A stretch of 64,000 nt of DNA from the human T2T-CHM13v2.0 reference genome, Homo sapiens. Shown here one piece after another: positions 15,525 to 28,296 of this stretch (positions are counted from its first letter, which is position 1; every line of letters starts with the position of its first letter). Where the stretch lies: NCBI RefSeq assembly GCF_009914755.1, contig NC_060926.1; one strand, given 5' to 3'. The position numbers were made by a program, and so were the translations under genes. The notes under the pieces were generated by a model. The model was not told the origin of the DNA. It did no database searches and was given only the letters and a program-made list of their open reading frames with translations.

Positions 15525-16081
15525 TTGCTGAGAATGATGGTTCCAGCTTCATCCATATCCCTGCAAAGGACATAAACTCATTATTTTTTATGGCTGCATA
15601 GTACTCCATGGTGTGTATGTGCCACGTTTTCTTTATCCAGAAAATAGGCATTTGGGTTGGCTTTAAGTCTTTGCTATTGTGAACAGTGCTGCAATAAACA
15701 TACATGTGCATGTGTCTTTATAGTAGAATGATTTGGGTATATACCCAGTAATGGGATTGCTGGGTCAAATGGTATTTCTGGTTTTAGATCCTTGAGGAAT
15801 CGCCACACTGTCTTCCACAGAAAACCAAACACCGCATGTTCTCACTCGTAAGTGGGAGTTGAACAGTGAGAACACATGGACACAGGGAGGGGAACATCAC
15901 ACACCAGGGCCTGTCGGGGAGTGGGGGGCAAGGGGAGGGAGAGCATTAGGACAAATACCTAATGCATGTGGAGCTTAGAACCTAGCTGTTGGGTTGATAG
16001 TGCAGCAAACCACCGTGGCACATGTATACCTATGTAACGAAACACATGTTCTGCAGATGTATCCCAGAACTTAAAAAAAAT
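15525..16081 (+). mobile_element. 5'-truncated L1PA (PA7/PA8-like) with 5' inversion
   Basis: 15525-15819 is antisense L1 ORF2 3' end; 15817-16081 is sense L1 3' end with A tail; TSD aaagttggttatt at 15512-15524 and 16082-16094. Confidence 0.93.
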
Positions 16082-16474
16082 AAAGTTGGTTATTACATTC
16101 ACTCAATTTTAAGGTCTCATGCCAATTACTTCTCAATTTACTGTACTGGATTTGAAGCCCAGTGCCACTATGGAACGGTTTCATGACTGAGAGGCAGGCA
16201 ATATTCCTTGCATGAAGTGTACTTTCCCTACCTATGCAATTGAGAATAGTATAATATTCCTTATGGAGACGCTTTAAGAATTAGAATGAAAGTATATATG
16301 AAAATGCCATGAAATATCATAGGCATTTATAGATGTTAGATATGATAATATTTGGTTAATTATAGCATTTCTGTGTGTTTTGCTCAGGAAAGGGGACATA
16401 CTGATATATATAAGCTTGCTGATTTGTAAACCAAAGGAAATTTTCTAAGTTTTTGTTTGCTTGTTTTTGCTGAC

Positions 16475-16854
16475 TGTGGGAAGCAATCCACCATGGACTT
16501 CTCATGTTCCTGTATGTCTTCTGAGCAAAGGGCAGGCTAACCAGTATGTCTCCCTCTGTGGCAAAGGTTTGGCAGGTTTGCTAGCAGCCCTCTTTACAAG
16601 GCTGGGGTTTCTTACACTCAAGGTCTCTCAGTTGTCATGCAAATCCAGTACATGCACACCATTAAGTTGGCCTACTTTGCATTACTTTTGGGATTCAGGG
16701 GTGGACAAGGGGAGCCCACGTGAACACACAATTCATGCTGCCTGCTTTGCCTGGACCCTTCATGTGTCTTCTGCCAGCTTGTATGAAAGTTGAGAAGGCT
16801 AACTTGTCAGCTTGCATGCAGGCTAACACCGCGGGCCCTTCACAGTTCTTGACA
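16475..16854 (+). mobile_element. ERVL-class solo LTR (same group as 968-1456)
   Basis: tgtggg...gtgtcttctgccagc...ggctaacttgtcagcttgca...cccttcacagttcttgaca; TG...CA termini. Confidence 0.7.
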
Positions 16855-19800
16855 AGGACTAGCTTCCCTAAAGGCAATCATTCTACCTGATGAGGAAAAT
16901 TACTTAAAAAGCAGGAAAACGGTAATGGGTTGGAAAGCATACAGCTAATAGTTAATGAGGTTACTTCACCATATTATGTTTTTTGAATAAAGATTATACT
17001 ATTAAAATGCCCTCACATTTTTATTACATTCCACTTCATTGATAGTAAAAAAAAAATTGATCAGGATATTTAAATATTCTCCACTTCATATTTACACATG
17101 ACGGGATAACATCAGGCTCTTGTTCTTTTTCTGCTCAGATCACTCCTTTGATGCAGGCTTCATGGTGTGGACTAGAGGAAAGTCTTTATTGTCATTGCGT
17201 GGTAAATTGATTTGCCTGAGAGTGTGATGCAGGACTGAGGAACATGACCATCTTCAGAGAAGGAAAAGTCAGATTAGTTACTTCAATCTTAAAAAAAAAA
17301 AAAAAGTCAGGGTTCCTGAAAGCGAACAGTTATTTAGGTTCTACGTGTGGAGAAGTGAACAAAATGAATCGTCACAGAAAGGATTAGATTAGATATAAAT
17401 ATCATCTAGTCCAAATCCCTTTAAGGTCATACCGTGCAGTTGGTGGAAAAGATCTTATAACTACAAGGCCAGCATATTATTTCTCTACGGCAGACATTCA
17501 AAACTGTGACAGCAATACAGAAGGAGTCTGCACTCATAGTTACATTGACAAGGAGGAAATAAATCTGAGAGAGCTTCTCACTTTCATTCATTGTCTCTTT
17601 TCTTCACTTTACTGCGGCCATTAAACTATTTTTTTCCATGCAATTGTGTTGCAGTTAAATGTAAGTGTTTTTGAAATTTATAATTTTTTTTCCTTTAGGA
17701 TAGTTTATGAAGTATTTATTTTGATTACCATTATTTATATGTATCAAATCATTCATAGTCCTATTAATTAAATAGTACTGATTCAGTTTGGTGTAAATTA
17801 TATTTGATATTTTGATCTTAGCTGGATGTTTTCTGTAAGTCTTGACCATCTTTTCCAAGACAGCCATGCTGGTGAATCTGTTTTATGCCATTAATTGTCA
17901 TTCACTGAAATATATATAGAGAGAGATATATAGATAAAAAATCTGTATGTATTTATACATGCTATTTTGCATAAATATATATATTCTTGCATATATATTT
18001 TTACTTTAAAGTTTCATATATAATGCAAGTATTCTGTAAACAGTAATGTGTTCATCCAAATATCTATTAATATAATATAACCATTTCACTAAAGTTATGA
18101 CTTATTGAGAAGTTCTAAGGATAGTATGGATTCAGAAAGAGTTAGATGGTAAACAATGGAGGATTTTCCATAATGTCAAACAAAATATTAGTGTATTCAC
18201 AGGTATTTTAAGTTTTATGAAAATCATGTTATTAAGCATTAAAAAATGCTGAGAGAAAAGTTTACAATCTTACTTTGAAGTGTATCACTGTTTTAATAGC
18301 TGCCAAACATATTGCCAATCCAACTCTAATTAACTATATTTTTATTATACCTATATTTTAATATAACTACAGAACAACAGGATAGATAATTAAAAGGGCT
18401 GAAAACTGCTTGATTTTGTTTCAAAAAGAAATTTGTAAAGTCTGAGGAACTTAATTAGATGTTAAATTCTACCTGCCAAAAAAGGCACCGAAGTCTTTCT
18501 CAGAGCCAACACCAAAGACAAAGCTAAATAAGTTTTGTGATAAGGTAGAACAGTTAAACTGTGTTAAAAAGACAAAAGTAACTAGTAGGTGAGTAACTTC
18601 AAACAGTTGATTATCAGGTGATTATTTACTAATAAGCACTTTGTTTAGATAGAAAACAAAAAGACTATAAAGTCCTTGTTATTTGTGAATTGTTAAATGT
18701 TATTCATTTAGCAGAGTGGATTGATAATTTGAATATATTTCCTGGCTGATTATCTCAAAGACACTGATAGTTCCCTATATTAAAAATTATCTACTATCAA
18801 GAAGAGCTTAAAATGTCTATTTCAAGAAAGCACCGCCAAATGAGCTAAGAGATGCCTCCCACCCCATCACCCCACAAGCAGGAAAAGTTAATATAATAGC
18901 CAACCTCCCTTTCTCCCTTCGTCCTCTTTTTTCCTCCTTCCTTCCCTTCCTTTCTTCTTTTCATTTCTTGAGCACCTAATATGTGGCAGACACTGCTAGG
19001 TTATGTGAATCTAATGGAGAGCATTTATGGAAATTGTACCCAGGAAAAACAGACAATCTGATGATCACATCAGTGCTACCCTTAAATCTGGTCAGGAAGG
19101 GTCCCTGTCCTGGGTCCATGACCTTAAAGGAATACTTGACCTTTCACAAACAACACATTCAGGACATGTACTAAAGAACATATGGCCACCTTGTCACTCA
19201 GAATCTTACATTCAAATTCAGCATAAGATAATGCTTAGTCTTAAACATCTACTTTCATATTAACACTGCTCAGACCCCAGGAAACACTTTTCAACATTTG
19301 TCCTATTCATTTTAAAACAAAGTTAAGTGTAACTGAGTGCTGAAAAAATGTGTGTGCTGTACTGCATTGGAAGATAAACAACATTTAAACACTATGGAGA
19401 GAGTAAAGCAGTGGACGGGCTTAGGTAGGAAAAAAGACACACATATTTACTAGTAAAGTTACCATGAAGGCAATAGATTCTAGCATAACAAAATATCATT
19501 TCTCAAAATTGAGGAACATCTATTTGTTTTATCTTATTGTATTTTGTTACCAAAAGTACTGAAACACTCATGCAACTTTCATACAAATTGCACATTGCAG
19601 TCAAGAAACATCTTGAATTATAAAATAATTGATATCCGCTGGTAAATATGTATATATGAAGATTTAGACATAACATATGTGAAGCATCATTTCCCTTCTT
19701 AACAATAACAACAAAATGTTCTTTGTATTCTAGAAAGGACAAATTATAAATAGCTTTATTATTATTAAATATGCTATAAATTTAATTTATCTTTAAAACG

Positions 19801-20727
19801 TTAAATAATATTATATATGATGATGATGATTTTCAAAATTAAAATTGAGAGGCCAAAACAAAGTGTAAAATATAATATTAAATATTTTACAAGAAAAATA
19901 ACTTATTTTCATAAGTTGGTACTTTTATTTTCACTAACATTTTTGATGAAAATATATTTCATATACTTTGTAAACAACTATACTTTAATTTTTAATCTTT
20001 TTGAGCATTGAAAATGAATGCAAAGATTGTTAGAGAAATAAAAAGTTCAAAAATGCAACACAGAGAAGAAATAACTGAAAAAAAGAAAATATATAATTTT
20101 TAGAGAGTCTGTCTGCTTAAATTTTTAAGAACTTCAGACAATGAAAAGGAGCTTATTTTTGGGGAGCATGACCCACTTAAAATTTGCAATCAGGACATTA
20201 CAAATTCTTTACTAATGAATATTTAATTACTTAATTACTGATTAAAACAGTGAAACCAAGTAAAAAATAATTATTCTTATGAAATCTACTGCTTGAATAG
20301 GACAGATGAAAGCTTTATAACTTTATATTCTTTATTGGTTGAAGATTTAATTACCCTTAGAAACAATGGAAATGTGTATGTGCTTCTATTTGCTTATATT
20401 TGCACAAATGGTCTCTGGAAGGGCACTTGGGAAACTCTGCAGATGGTTATCTCTGGGACAGGCAGTAAATGGCTGGGTGAGCAGGACAAGGTGCTTTCTG
20501 TACTTTTTAAACACTGTGTATATTTTATTCATTAAAAATGCATTGTTTTATGTCAAATTTTAAAATATCCTGGTTAGAAGTTAAGGAATTCTTTCTCTGT
20601 TCATGTTATTCAGTTCACATCTGTCTTCAAGGCTTATTAAAATGAGATATTGTTACTTATAAACCTTTTCAGTATTTAAACAAATGATTGGAAGTTATTT
20701 ACCTCGTATGCCAAGAAGTGTGCCACC

Positions 20728-22141
20728 TGTACATCCATGTTCATGGAAAGAAACATCATTCACTATAGCCAAGATATGGAATCAACCCAAATGTCCATTG
20801 CAAATTTATAATTCCTTCCACTGACTGAATGGACCACCCCTCTCAGCCAAGGGGACCCAACTAAACCCAAAAACTAGTTCAGGCCATGATTATTACTGGA
20901 ATGGGGAGGTGAGACATGCCTCATTATACTCTTCTCCTTTTGGAGTTCAGGCACAATTAACTGGCATTTTCATTAAAACAGAGATTCTAAGACTGACAGA
21001 ACAGACTGTAGCAATAGGATACCAACTCCAGCCTGACTCTGGTACGGCAACATATAATAGATAACAGACCCTAAAAAGAGATCAAAGTATTTTACCCCAT
21101 AACATATTTCTTGACATATTTTGAAATGACACTGCAAAGCTATCTCTTGGGGGAAATTGCATTCTTTAGAGAATCTCCTTCCCTTACTAGGTCCCTCCAA
21201 AGAGTCTGACATCTTCGATAAAAGACATTTACATCTATTCTCTCTGAAGCTTGTTACCTGGAGGCTTCACCTACATGACAAGAACCTTGGCTACCACAAT
21301 CTCCATCCCTATATCTTAACTCAAGCTGTTTTCAACTCTTCAGGTGGAGCTTATTCCTTTCAACCAATTGCCAATAAGAAAATCTTTAAATACACCTATG
21401 ACCTGGAAGCCCTGCCCCCCACCCATCCCACTTTGAGATTTCCCACTAAAATGTACAAAACTAAACTGTAGCCCAACCGCCTTGGGCACATGTTCTCAGG
21501 ATCTCCTAAAGCCTTGTCATGAGCTATGACCCTTAACCTTGGCAAAATAAATTCTAAATTCACTGAGACCTGTCTCAGATACTTTTTGGTTTACACCATC
21601 AATGGATGAATGGATAAAGACAATGTAGTATATATACACAATGGAATATAATTTAGCCTTACAAAAGAAGCCAGACAGAAGTAAATCCGGTCATCTGTAC
21701 AACATAGATGAACCTGAATGACATTATGGTAAGGGAAATAAGCCAGGCTCAGAAAAACAAATACCACATGATCTCACTTACAAGTGGAATGTAATAAGTT
21801 TGAGCTCATAGAAACAGAGAGTAAAATATTGGTTACCAGAGGCTGTGGGCTGCAGATATTGAGAAGATACTCCTCAAAGGACACAAAATTTCAGTTACAC
21901 AGGAGGAATATGTTCAAGAGAACTACTGTATATCATGGTGACTAATAGCATAGCTAATAACAGTACATTGTATTGAAAACTGCTAAGATAGTAGATTTTA
22001 AGTGTTCTCATCACACACAAAAATTATAAGTAGGGATTATCATATGTTAAATAGTTAGCTTTAGCCATTAGACAGCATATACATATATTGAAACATCATG
22101 TATGCCATAAATATATATAGTTTTTACTTTTCGGTTAAAAA
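20728..22141 (+). mobile_element. 5'-truncated L1MA 3' end, split by a MER4 LTR
   Basis: ttcactatagccaagatatggaatcaacccaaatgtccat|caatggatgaatggataaag...; TSD aagaagtgtgccacc (20713-20727) / aagaactatgccacc (22142-22156). Confidence 0.88.
20799..21595 (+). mobile_element. MER4D/MER4E-like ERV1 solo LTR
   Basis: TG...CA termini, 4-bp TSD ccat, MER4 motifs (ccttgggcacatgttctcagga, ccttaaccttggcaaaataaa, tctcagatactttttggtttaca). Confidence 0.88.
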
Positions 22142-22339
22142 AAGAACTATGCCACCAATAAATAATCAAAGGTAGACAAAACATTAGAGCACACTAAAAG
22201 TTTTGCTTTATTTTTGCTATTACAGCTTTTCGTAATTCTCTTTTTTCATCTTATCTTGCTATCCTAATATATTATTTAACTAGAAATCTCCTTCTTCATT
22301 CAACACACTTAAAAGAACTGTCAAATAGTGTGTATTAAA

Positions 22340-22930
22340 GATTAGAAAAACAAATTAGAAAAACAAAAACACATGGTTATATTTAGCCATGTGTCCTATA
22401 TTTAACCCTCCCACGGCATAGAGTCTACCAGGCAGACTAGAGAGTAGAAAAGACAATTGCAGTCCTATTCGACAACTGTTATAAAGTGCTAAAATTGGAA
22501 CACTATGGGAAAACATAAGAGAAAAGGTACATAATTCAGATTGGCAAGTAGGAGTCTCACCAGGGGAAAAGGTGAGGTTGAGAAGATCCTTCCAGGCAAA
22601 AGGATGAAGTTCATTGCGGGAGTTTAATTTTCACCAAACTAGAGAAGAAGGCTGACATAGACCACCTAAGACTTTACATTATTTACTAAAGAGCTTATGT
22701 TTTATCCGGAAGGCTCTGGGGAAATATTGGCAAGATTTTAGCAGACAAGTCACTGTGATCAGGTTTGTTTTTTGGAACAATCACTTTACTACAGTGTGGA
22801 AAATAGATTGGAAGAGGGAGCATGTAAAACCAGAGGCAGTTAGGAGGCTACTGAAATTGTTAGGGAGAGAATGACTATAGTCTAAATAAAGGAGGTGGAG
22901 GCAGGGACTACAACAAAGGGACAGAGCTAC
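22340..22930 (-). mobile_element. L2 relic
   Basis: gattttagcagacaagtcactgtgatcaggtttg...cagtgtggaaaatagattggaagaggg...ttaggaggctactg. Confidence 0.65.
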
Positions 22931-22989
22931 TTGTTAATTGATTTGTTTTTGGTTTAGTACATTGGAGATTAGTGTATTTCTTAAGAGTC

Positions 22990-23155
22990 CAGGGTTGCCA
23001 GATTTACAAATAAAAATACAGGATGTACTCATTAATTTGAATTTTAAAGACAAACAAAATAATTTGTTAGTATTAACATTTATTTGAAAAAAAGTTTTTC
23101 TGATTTATCAGAAATTTATATTTAACCATGTGTCCTATATTTAACCTGGCAATCA
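22990..23155. mobile_element. MER53 hAT MITE
   Basis: agggttgccagatttacaaataaaaatacagg...cctatatttaacctggcaatc; terminal inverted repeats. Confidence 0.8.
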
Positions 23156-23558
23156 TACTGCAATGAAGTATTGGATGTAATACCTTCATTTTTGCAACAT
23201 TCAGGAATCCCTCTGTATTGTAATGTAGCTGTAGGTTTATTTATGCAACTCAAAATTTTACATCAAGAATCACAGAATAAGCAAATTACAGACTATAAAC
23301 AGCTGCTGAAAAAAAGTGAAAAATGTGTAAAAAGAAAATAAATTTAAAAATTTAATGTACTTATTCTGTTGTAATGCCTCTAGCTTCCACTCAGGTTTTA
23401 ACGCAGGAAAAGAAATAATCATTATAGCATTAGTGACAATCAATTTTCCCATGTCAGTGTTTTCTCCTTCCTTCCCTTACTGTCAAGATTGTATTTTCAC
23501 TTTTGGAAAAGATAGTTACCGAGAGTTAATTTCTGAGATGATGCTATTCTTAAACTTC

Positions 23559-24464
23559 TGTCAAGTAAAAAATCATGAGAGCTATAAATTTGGAAAGGAG
23601 ATTTTATTTCTCATAAAGGATAACAGCCTGCAAGATGGCCATTCTGACAGGCTGGGAAAAGAAGCCTCCAGGAGGGCCCAGAAGCAGGCACTTCAAGCGA
23701 TGTGAGGGTGAAACAGGGATTTATACCGAACAGGTTGACCAAGTACACATACACAACAAGTTACAGGAGGAGCCGTGAATATTCATGAAGGGCGTCCTAA
23801 CACATGCATACTGAATGAACATGCAGGTTACGTACAACTCATATTCACTTTGGGGTAGAGACTTAATGTTTAAATATATTACAGTTAGGCCCCCTATGTC
23901 AAAAGGTGAAGCAGGAACACGAAGGCATTCAAGAGTGCAGCCTATGTAAACCAGCCAGAACCAGGCCAGGGTTGGTGGTCTCTTATCAGAAGAAAGTGAG
24001 TGAAATCCGTCTCTTGTCCCATCAAAGCTGTAGTTATGGCTTGTGGAACAGGGGGTGGAGGGTCAGATTCTGGCATTGAGCTCAAGTTGTCTTAATTTGC
24101 TTATCTTGAGGCCAGTGCTTATTTAGCTGCTAGACAGAAAAACCTTGTGGCAGTTAGAATTTATTCTTTAAGTGTAAGGGTGTGTGAATTAACCCTTGCC
24201 TGGCATGGCCTTTGGTCTTGTTTATACTTTGGCATCTTACTGGGCCACAAAGAGTCTGTTCTATCAGTCTTATGATCTCTAATTTAACATTATTGCTGGT
24301 CAGTTGTGCCTAAACCACAAAGGAAGCCAATATAAGAGGCGTATCTGACCTCTCATCCTGTCATGGCCAGGAACTTCTGTTGATAAGGGTTTTCTGTGGT
24401 CTCCTTAGCCAAAAGGGAGTCTGTTCAGTCAGTTGAAAGGCTTAGGATTTTAATTTTAGTCTTA
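23559..24464 (-). mobile_element. MER49-like ERV1 solo LTR (~906 bp)
   Basis: tgtcaag...aaatttggaaaggagattttatttc...ctgttcagtcagttg...cttaggattttaattttag; probable 4-bp TSD cttc. Confidence 0.8.
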
Positions 24465-25419
24465 CTTCATGTGTATGAATTCATTTAATTTTAAAAACAA
24501 TTAATGAGGTAGGTATTAATGTAGCCTGAGATTTAAGATATCTACTTTCTGAAGGTGGTTCAGGAAGATTACAGAATTTTCTTGAAAACACAGAGCTAGA
24601 CCCCAAAGTAGCCAGTGCTTGAATTTAGCTAGTTTTGGTTGTGCCATCATAAATTCCCTTGAGGAGACCACCTAATCTACAACTTATCTCAAGCCTCTTT
24701 AGCCAATTTATAGAATTTTATAAGTTGACAGTTCTTAATAAGTTGCTCTGATGCTTTCTTCATATTTAGGTTGTTTTAAGAAAATTTATAATAGCTAACT
24801 TGAGCTCCTCTTACTAGACCTAAATTGATTTTGCAATCTATACACTGAGACAAATGAGACTAGCTGGCCAGAGTCATTTTTGAAATATCTATGCTTTAAG
24901 TCCACTGGACCAAAGCCTTGTTTCAAATTATTTAAAACACTCAGAATATTTTGATGCTTTCACATTCACTAATATTCATTTCAGTATTACATCAGCTACT
25001 CTCCTTTGATTTTCATTCTTAAGTGGTCCACTTTTCTTCATAATTTTAGCCAGGTTTTAAATAATTACATGAAAATGAATGTGATTCTATGACATTTGCC
25101 AGGGAGTTAATTTTGCTCATTATTATATTTTATATTTTTCAGGCTTGGAATTAATATTTGCACAGAAACATTTCTTTGAACATTTAAAGCAGGATCTTGT
25201 TCTGAATCACTTAGGTGCTATCATTAGGATATGTTTAATTTTGTTGTTTTTTTAATTAAAACCACCAAAAAGATTTGTTCATTTTACAAGCTGATTAACA
25301 TTTTAAAGACTGATTAGCATATAACAACCCCCTTAATCATGTATGTATGTGTGTGTTTACACATATGTATTCTATATTTGCATATGTATTCTATATTTAC
25401 CTTCAGCAAGAAAGTAATC

Positions 25420-25632
25420 TCCACCACCGCTGAACTCAACAGACATTGTTTATGCTCCCCTCAAGGCATTCATCATTTCCAGCTTGTATTCTAGCAATTT
25501 AGGCATGTTTTTTTATCTCTGCTAAGGTTTTTACAGGTAGGAAGTGTGTTTAATTCATCTTTATATCTCCCACAGTGCCTAGACAGCTTTGCATACTGTG
25601 AGAACTTGTTAAATGTTGTTAAATGAATGACA
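25420..25632 (+). mobile_element. L2 3' end
   Basis: catctttatatctcccacagtgcctag...aaatgttgttaaatgaatga. Confidence 0.65.
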
Positions 25633-27041
25633 GAAGAAAGTAAATTTGGCTTATTTGACTCTTGAGTCTACAAATTTTTTAAATCCAAATGCAGTAAATT
25701 TAGTCTTTATAAAAGTTTTCCCTCATTATATCTTTCACTGATATAAATGTATATTTATGAGAATTTAATAAAAAGCAGTGTCAGAGGTATATTTCAACCA
25801 CGTAGTAGACAGCAAAGAGGCTATTTATTGGTGGAACTAGGCAATATATTGGTGAAACCAGGCAATATGCACAATAGTTTTTTTTTCTCAACAACACAGA
25901 CAGCAGTAAAGTGATTAAACAGCATTGTTGCTGATAGAGTGTTGAGCAACAAGTTCAATTGAGATCAATGTTTGAATATACGTTTCTTAAAAGAATCTAT
26001 ATTTGAAGAGTGGACATTGCTACCATCTTCTCTTACTGTGATTCTTTATTTTACCCATGGATAAATCACATGTAATAGCAACTCTTGACCTGTGGCTTCC
26101 AATGCAGCAAGACACGATTAACAGATGGCTTGACTCATTGATTCACTTTTTCATTCAACAGATGTTTACTAAGTGTAAAGAGGATGCATTGTATGCTGTG
26201 AACTAATAATAATATATACAATTTCAACAGAATTTTGTGTTTCTCAGATTTCTTTTTACATGCATTGCCTAGCTGATTATCAAAACAAGTATGTGATACC
26301 AGGATCAAAATATTTCTATTTGCATAATAGAAATTTGCAGTAATGACTCCCATGTTAGAATAACTTATAAAATGGAGACTGGAACTCAGGTTTTCTGATT
26401 ACATATTTCATAGCCATTATATTTTCAGGCATTTCAGTCCTTTCTAGGAAAAGGGAGTATCTTGAAAGTATCATAAAAAGGGGAGGAGGAGGGACATTGT
26501 CTAAGACTAATTACTGCTAATTAAACATAGCTATCAGCAGATAGTGAATCAGTGAAGAGACATTTTAAAGAGACTTGATCGCCCACAGGACAGCAGGAGG
26601 TGATTATGACCTGGTCAAATTATTTATAATCTCTAAAAAGTAATTTATCAATCTAATAGTAGTTTACAGGGCATAGACTACAAAAGAGGCACACACAAAA
26701 GAATGTGCTCATTACAGAGTTGTGCAGAGCTGTGAGGTGCCCTGGCCCAAGAATGTGATTTGCCTCCTCTGTCTCTAGATTACTGATAGCTATTATCTCC
26801 ATTATTTTGTCCTGATTCTATGCTAAATAAATAGAGTTATGCATATGGTTTTCTTCCCACGTGCTGGACTGAATGTACTGTCCTCTTATCAGTAAATTTA
26901 AAAAGTGATACCTTGAGTATAATTTGGTTTTCCACACCCCTTGATAATAGGGAGACTCTGCACCAAGTGTATACGATTCCATTGGTAGTGATGGTTCCCA
27001 TTAAAAATTACCAGGCTGGCATTACAGTTTACCCTTCATTA

Positions 27042-27068
27042 GGTGAGTCAAACTACAGATGACTCACC
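27042..27068. promoter_or_regulatory. Pair of consensus AP-1 sites (TGAGTCA, TGACTCA) in unique DNA; candidate enhancer core
   Basis: ggtgagtca-aactacaga-tgactcacc; motif match only. Confidence 0.35.
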
Positions 27069-27413
27069 CATTCTTGAAAAGGTGCTGGCAGATTTCAAAG
27101 GTTGCAAAGCTTAAGGCCAGACTCTGGAATGACAAATTCCTATATGTCATCTACCCGTTAGGCTTTAAGAAAGCCAGCTGACTAGCCTGACCCAAAAGAA
27201 CCTCCCATTTCATTGTGCCCTACTTTGAACTCCTAATTCTTCTCTCTCTGTATAATTATTCCAGTGCAAATAATTCTCTCAAATGCAAATCATGTTCTTC
27301 TAATTGTATTATGACTTAAAAAATAGTTTTCTTGAAAGGAAACTGGGTCATTTCACAGAATTGCATCAATTTACAATACGTCTTCATAACAGATAATACA
27401 TAATAATGCTAAA

Positions 27414-27732
27414 ACAGGTCTAGAACATCTTCACTGAAACCTGTGGGACCAGATACGTTTAGGATTTCAGAATATTTTGAATTTTAGAGAAGCAATTAAG
27501 CACATATTATGCATATTGCATATTACATCTCAGAGGAGTCTGAGCTGCATCTTGCAATCAAACACATACTTTTTTTTCAGATAAATATATGAATATCTAC
27601 AATATAGGAGACACATGAAAGTGAAAAAGAGTCATATGTAGGTTTAGGTTGAGTTTTGATGATGAATTACAGAACAACTTCAGTTTTCAGAATGGTCATA
27701 TATCAGAATTGGAAATAATGGATTGTGTGTGA
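27414..27732. mobile_element. MER46C-like TcMar-Tigger element
   Basis: caggtctagaacatcttcactgaaacctgtgggaccagatacgtttaggatttcaga...tcagaattggaaataatggattgtg. Confidence 0.65.
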
Positions 27733-27789
27733 AATTATTTTAGAACAGTTTTGTTTTATTTATTAATTTATTCATTTTTAAGTGAAGTA

Positions 27790-28290
27790 TGCTGGGTATA
27801 TGGCAGATCCACCTTACAGCAGTAACTTACATTAAGTATACCCTGAGAATGACCCCGTATGGCAGATGTACCTGACAGCAATAATTTAAACATACCCTGA
27901 TAATGACCTTATGGTCTAAAAACAATGTGTGTTTGCAGTTCTGAGCTAAGGAATCTAGAAGTGGCCAACCCAGAGATTCATTCCTTATCTATGAGGAGCA
28001 TTTGATTCATGGCCCATCCCACAGGGGAAAGAGGTGCTTTGTTTTGGGTTGAATGAAGGTTGACAGGTGGAGGTTGGTAGGGGGAAGGTAGATACTAATT
28101 GAAAATGCTATATAAACTGCATATATTTTACAAATGGTAGCAGTTCTCCTGTCCATCCTGCCATGACTAGACTGGCCTTTATGTAAGTCCCCTCAATAAA
28201 CTCTATGTCTTTTTCCCTGGCTCTTGGTCTCCCTCTGCCTCTCAAACGTGATGCCATTCCTATTGAAGTCAATAGGGGTCCAGAACAACA
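27790..28290 (+). mobile_element. LTR47-like ERVL solo LTR
   Basis: ataccctgagaatgaccc, gagctaaggaatc, gtggccaacccagagattcattccttatctatgagga, tataaa, aataaa; ends acaaca. Confidence 0.8.
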
Positions 28291-28296
28291 GCAGGG

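Noticed and set aside
15520-15711. L1 ORF2-like peptides (also 58409-58615)
   Set aside because: Short decayed fragments already covered by the L1 annotations
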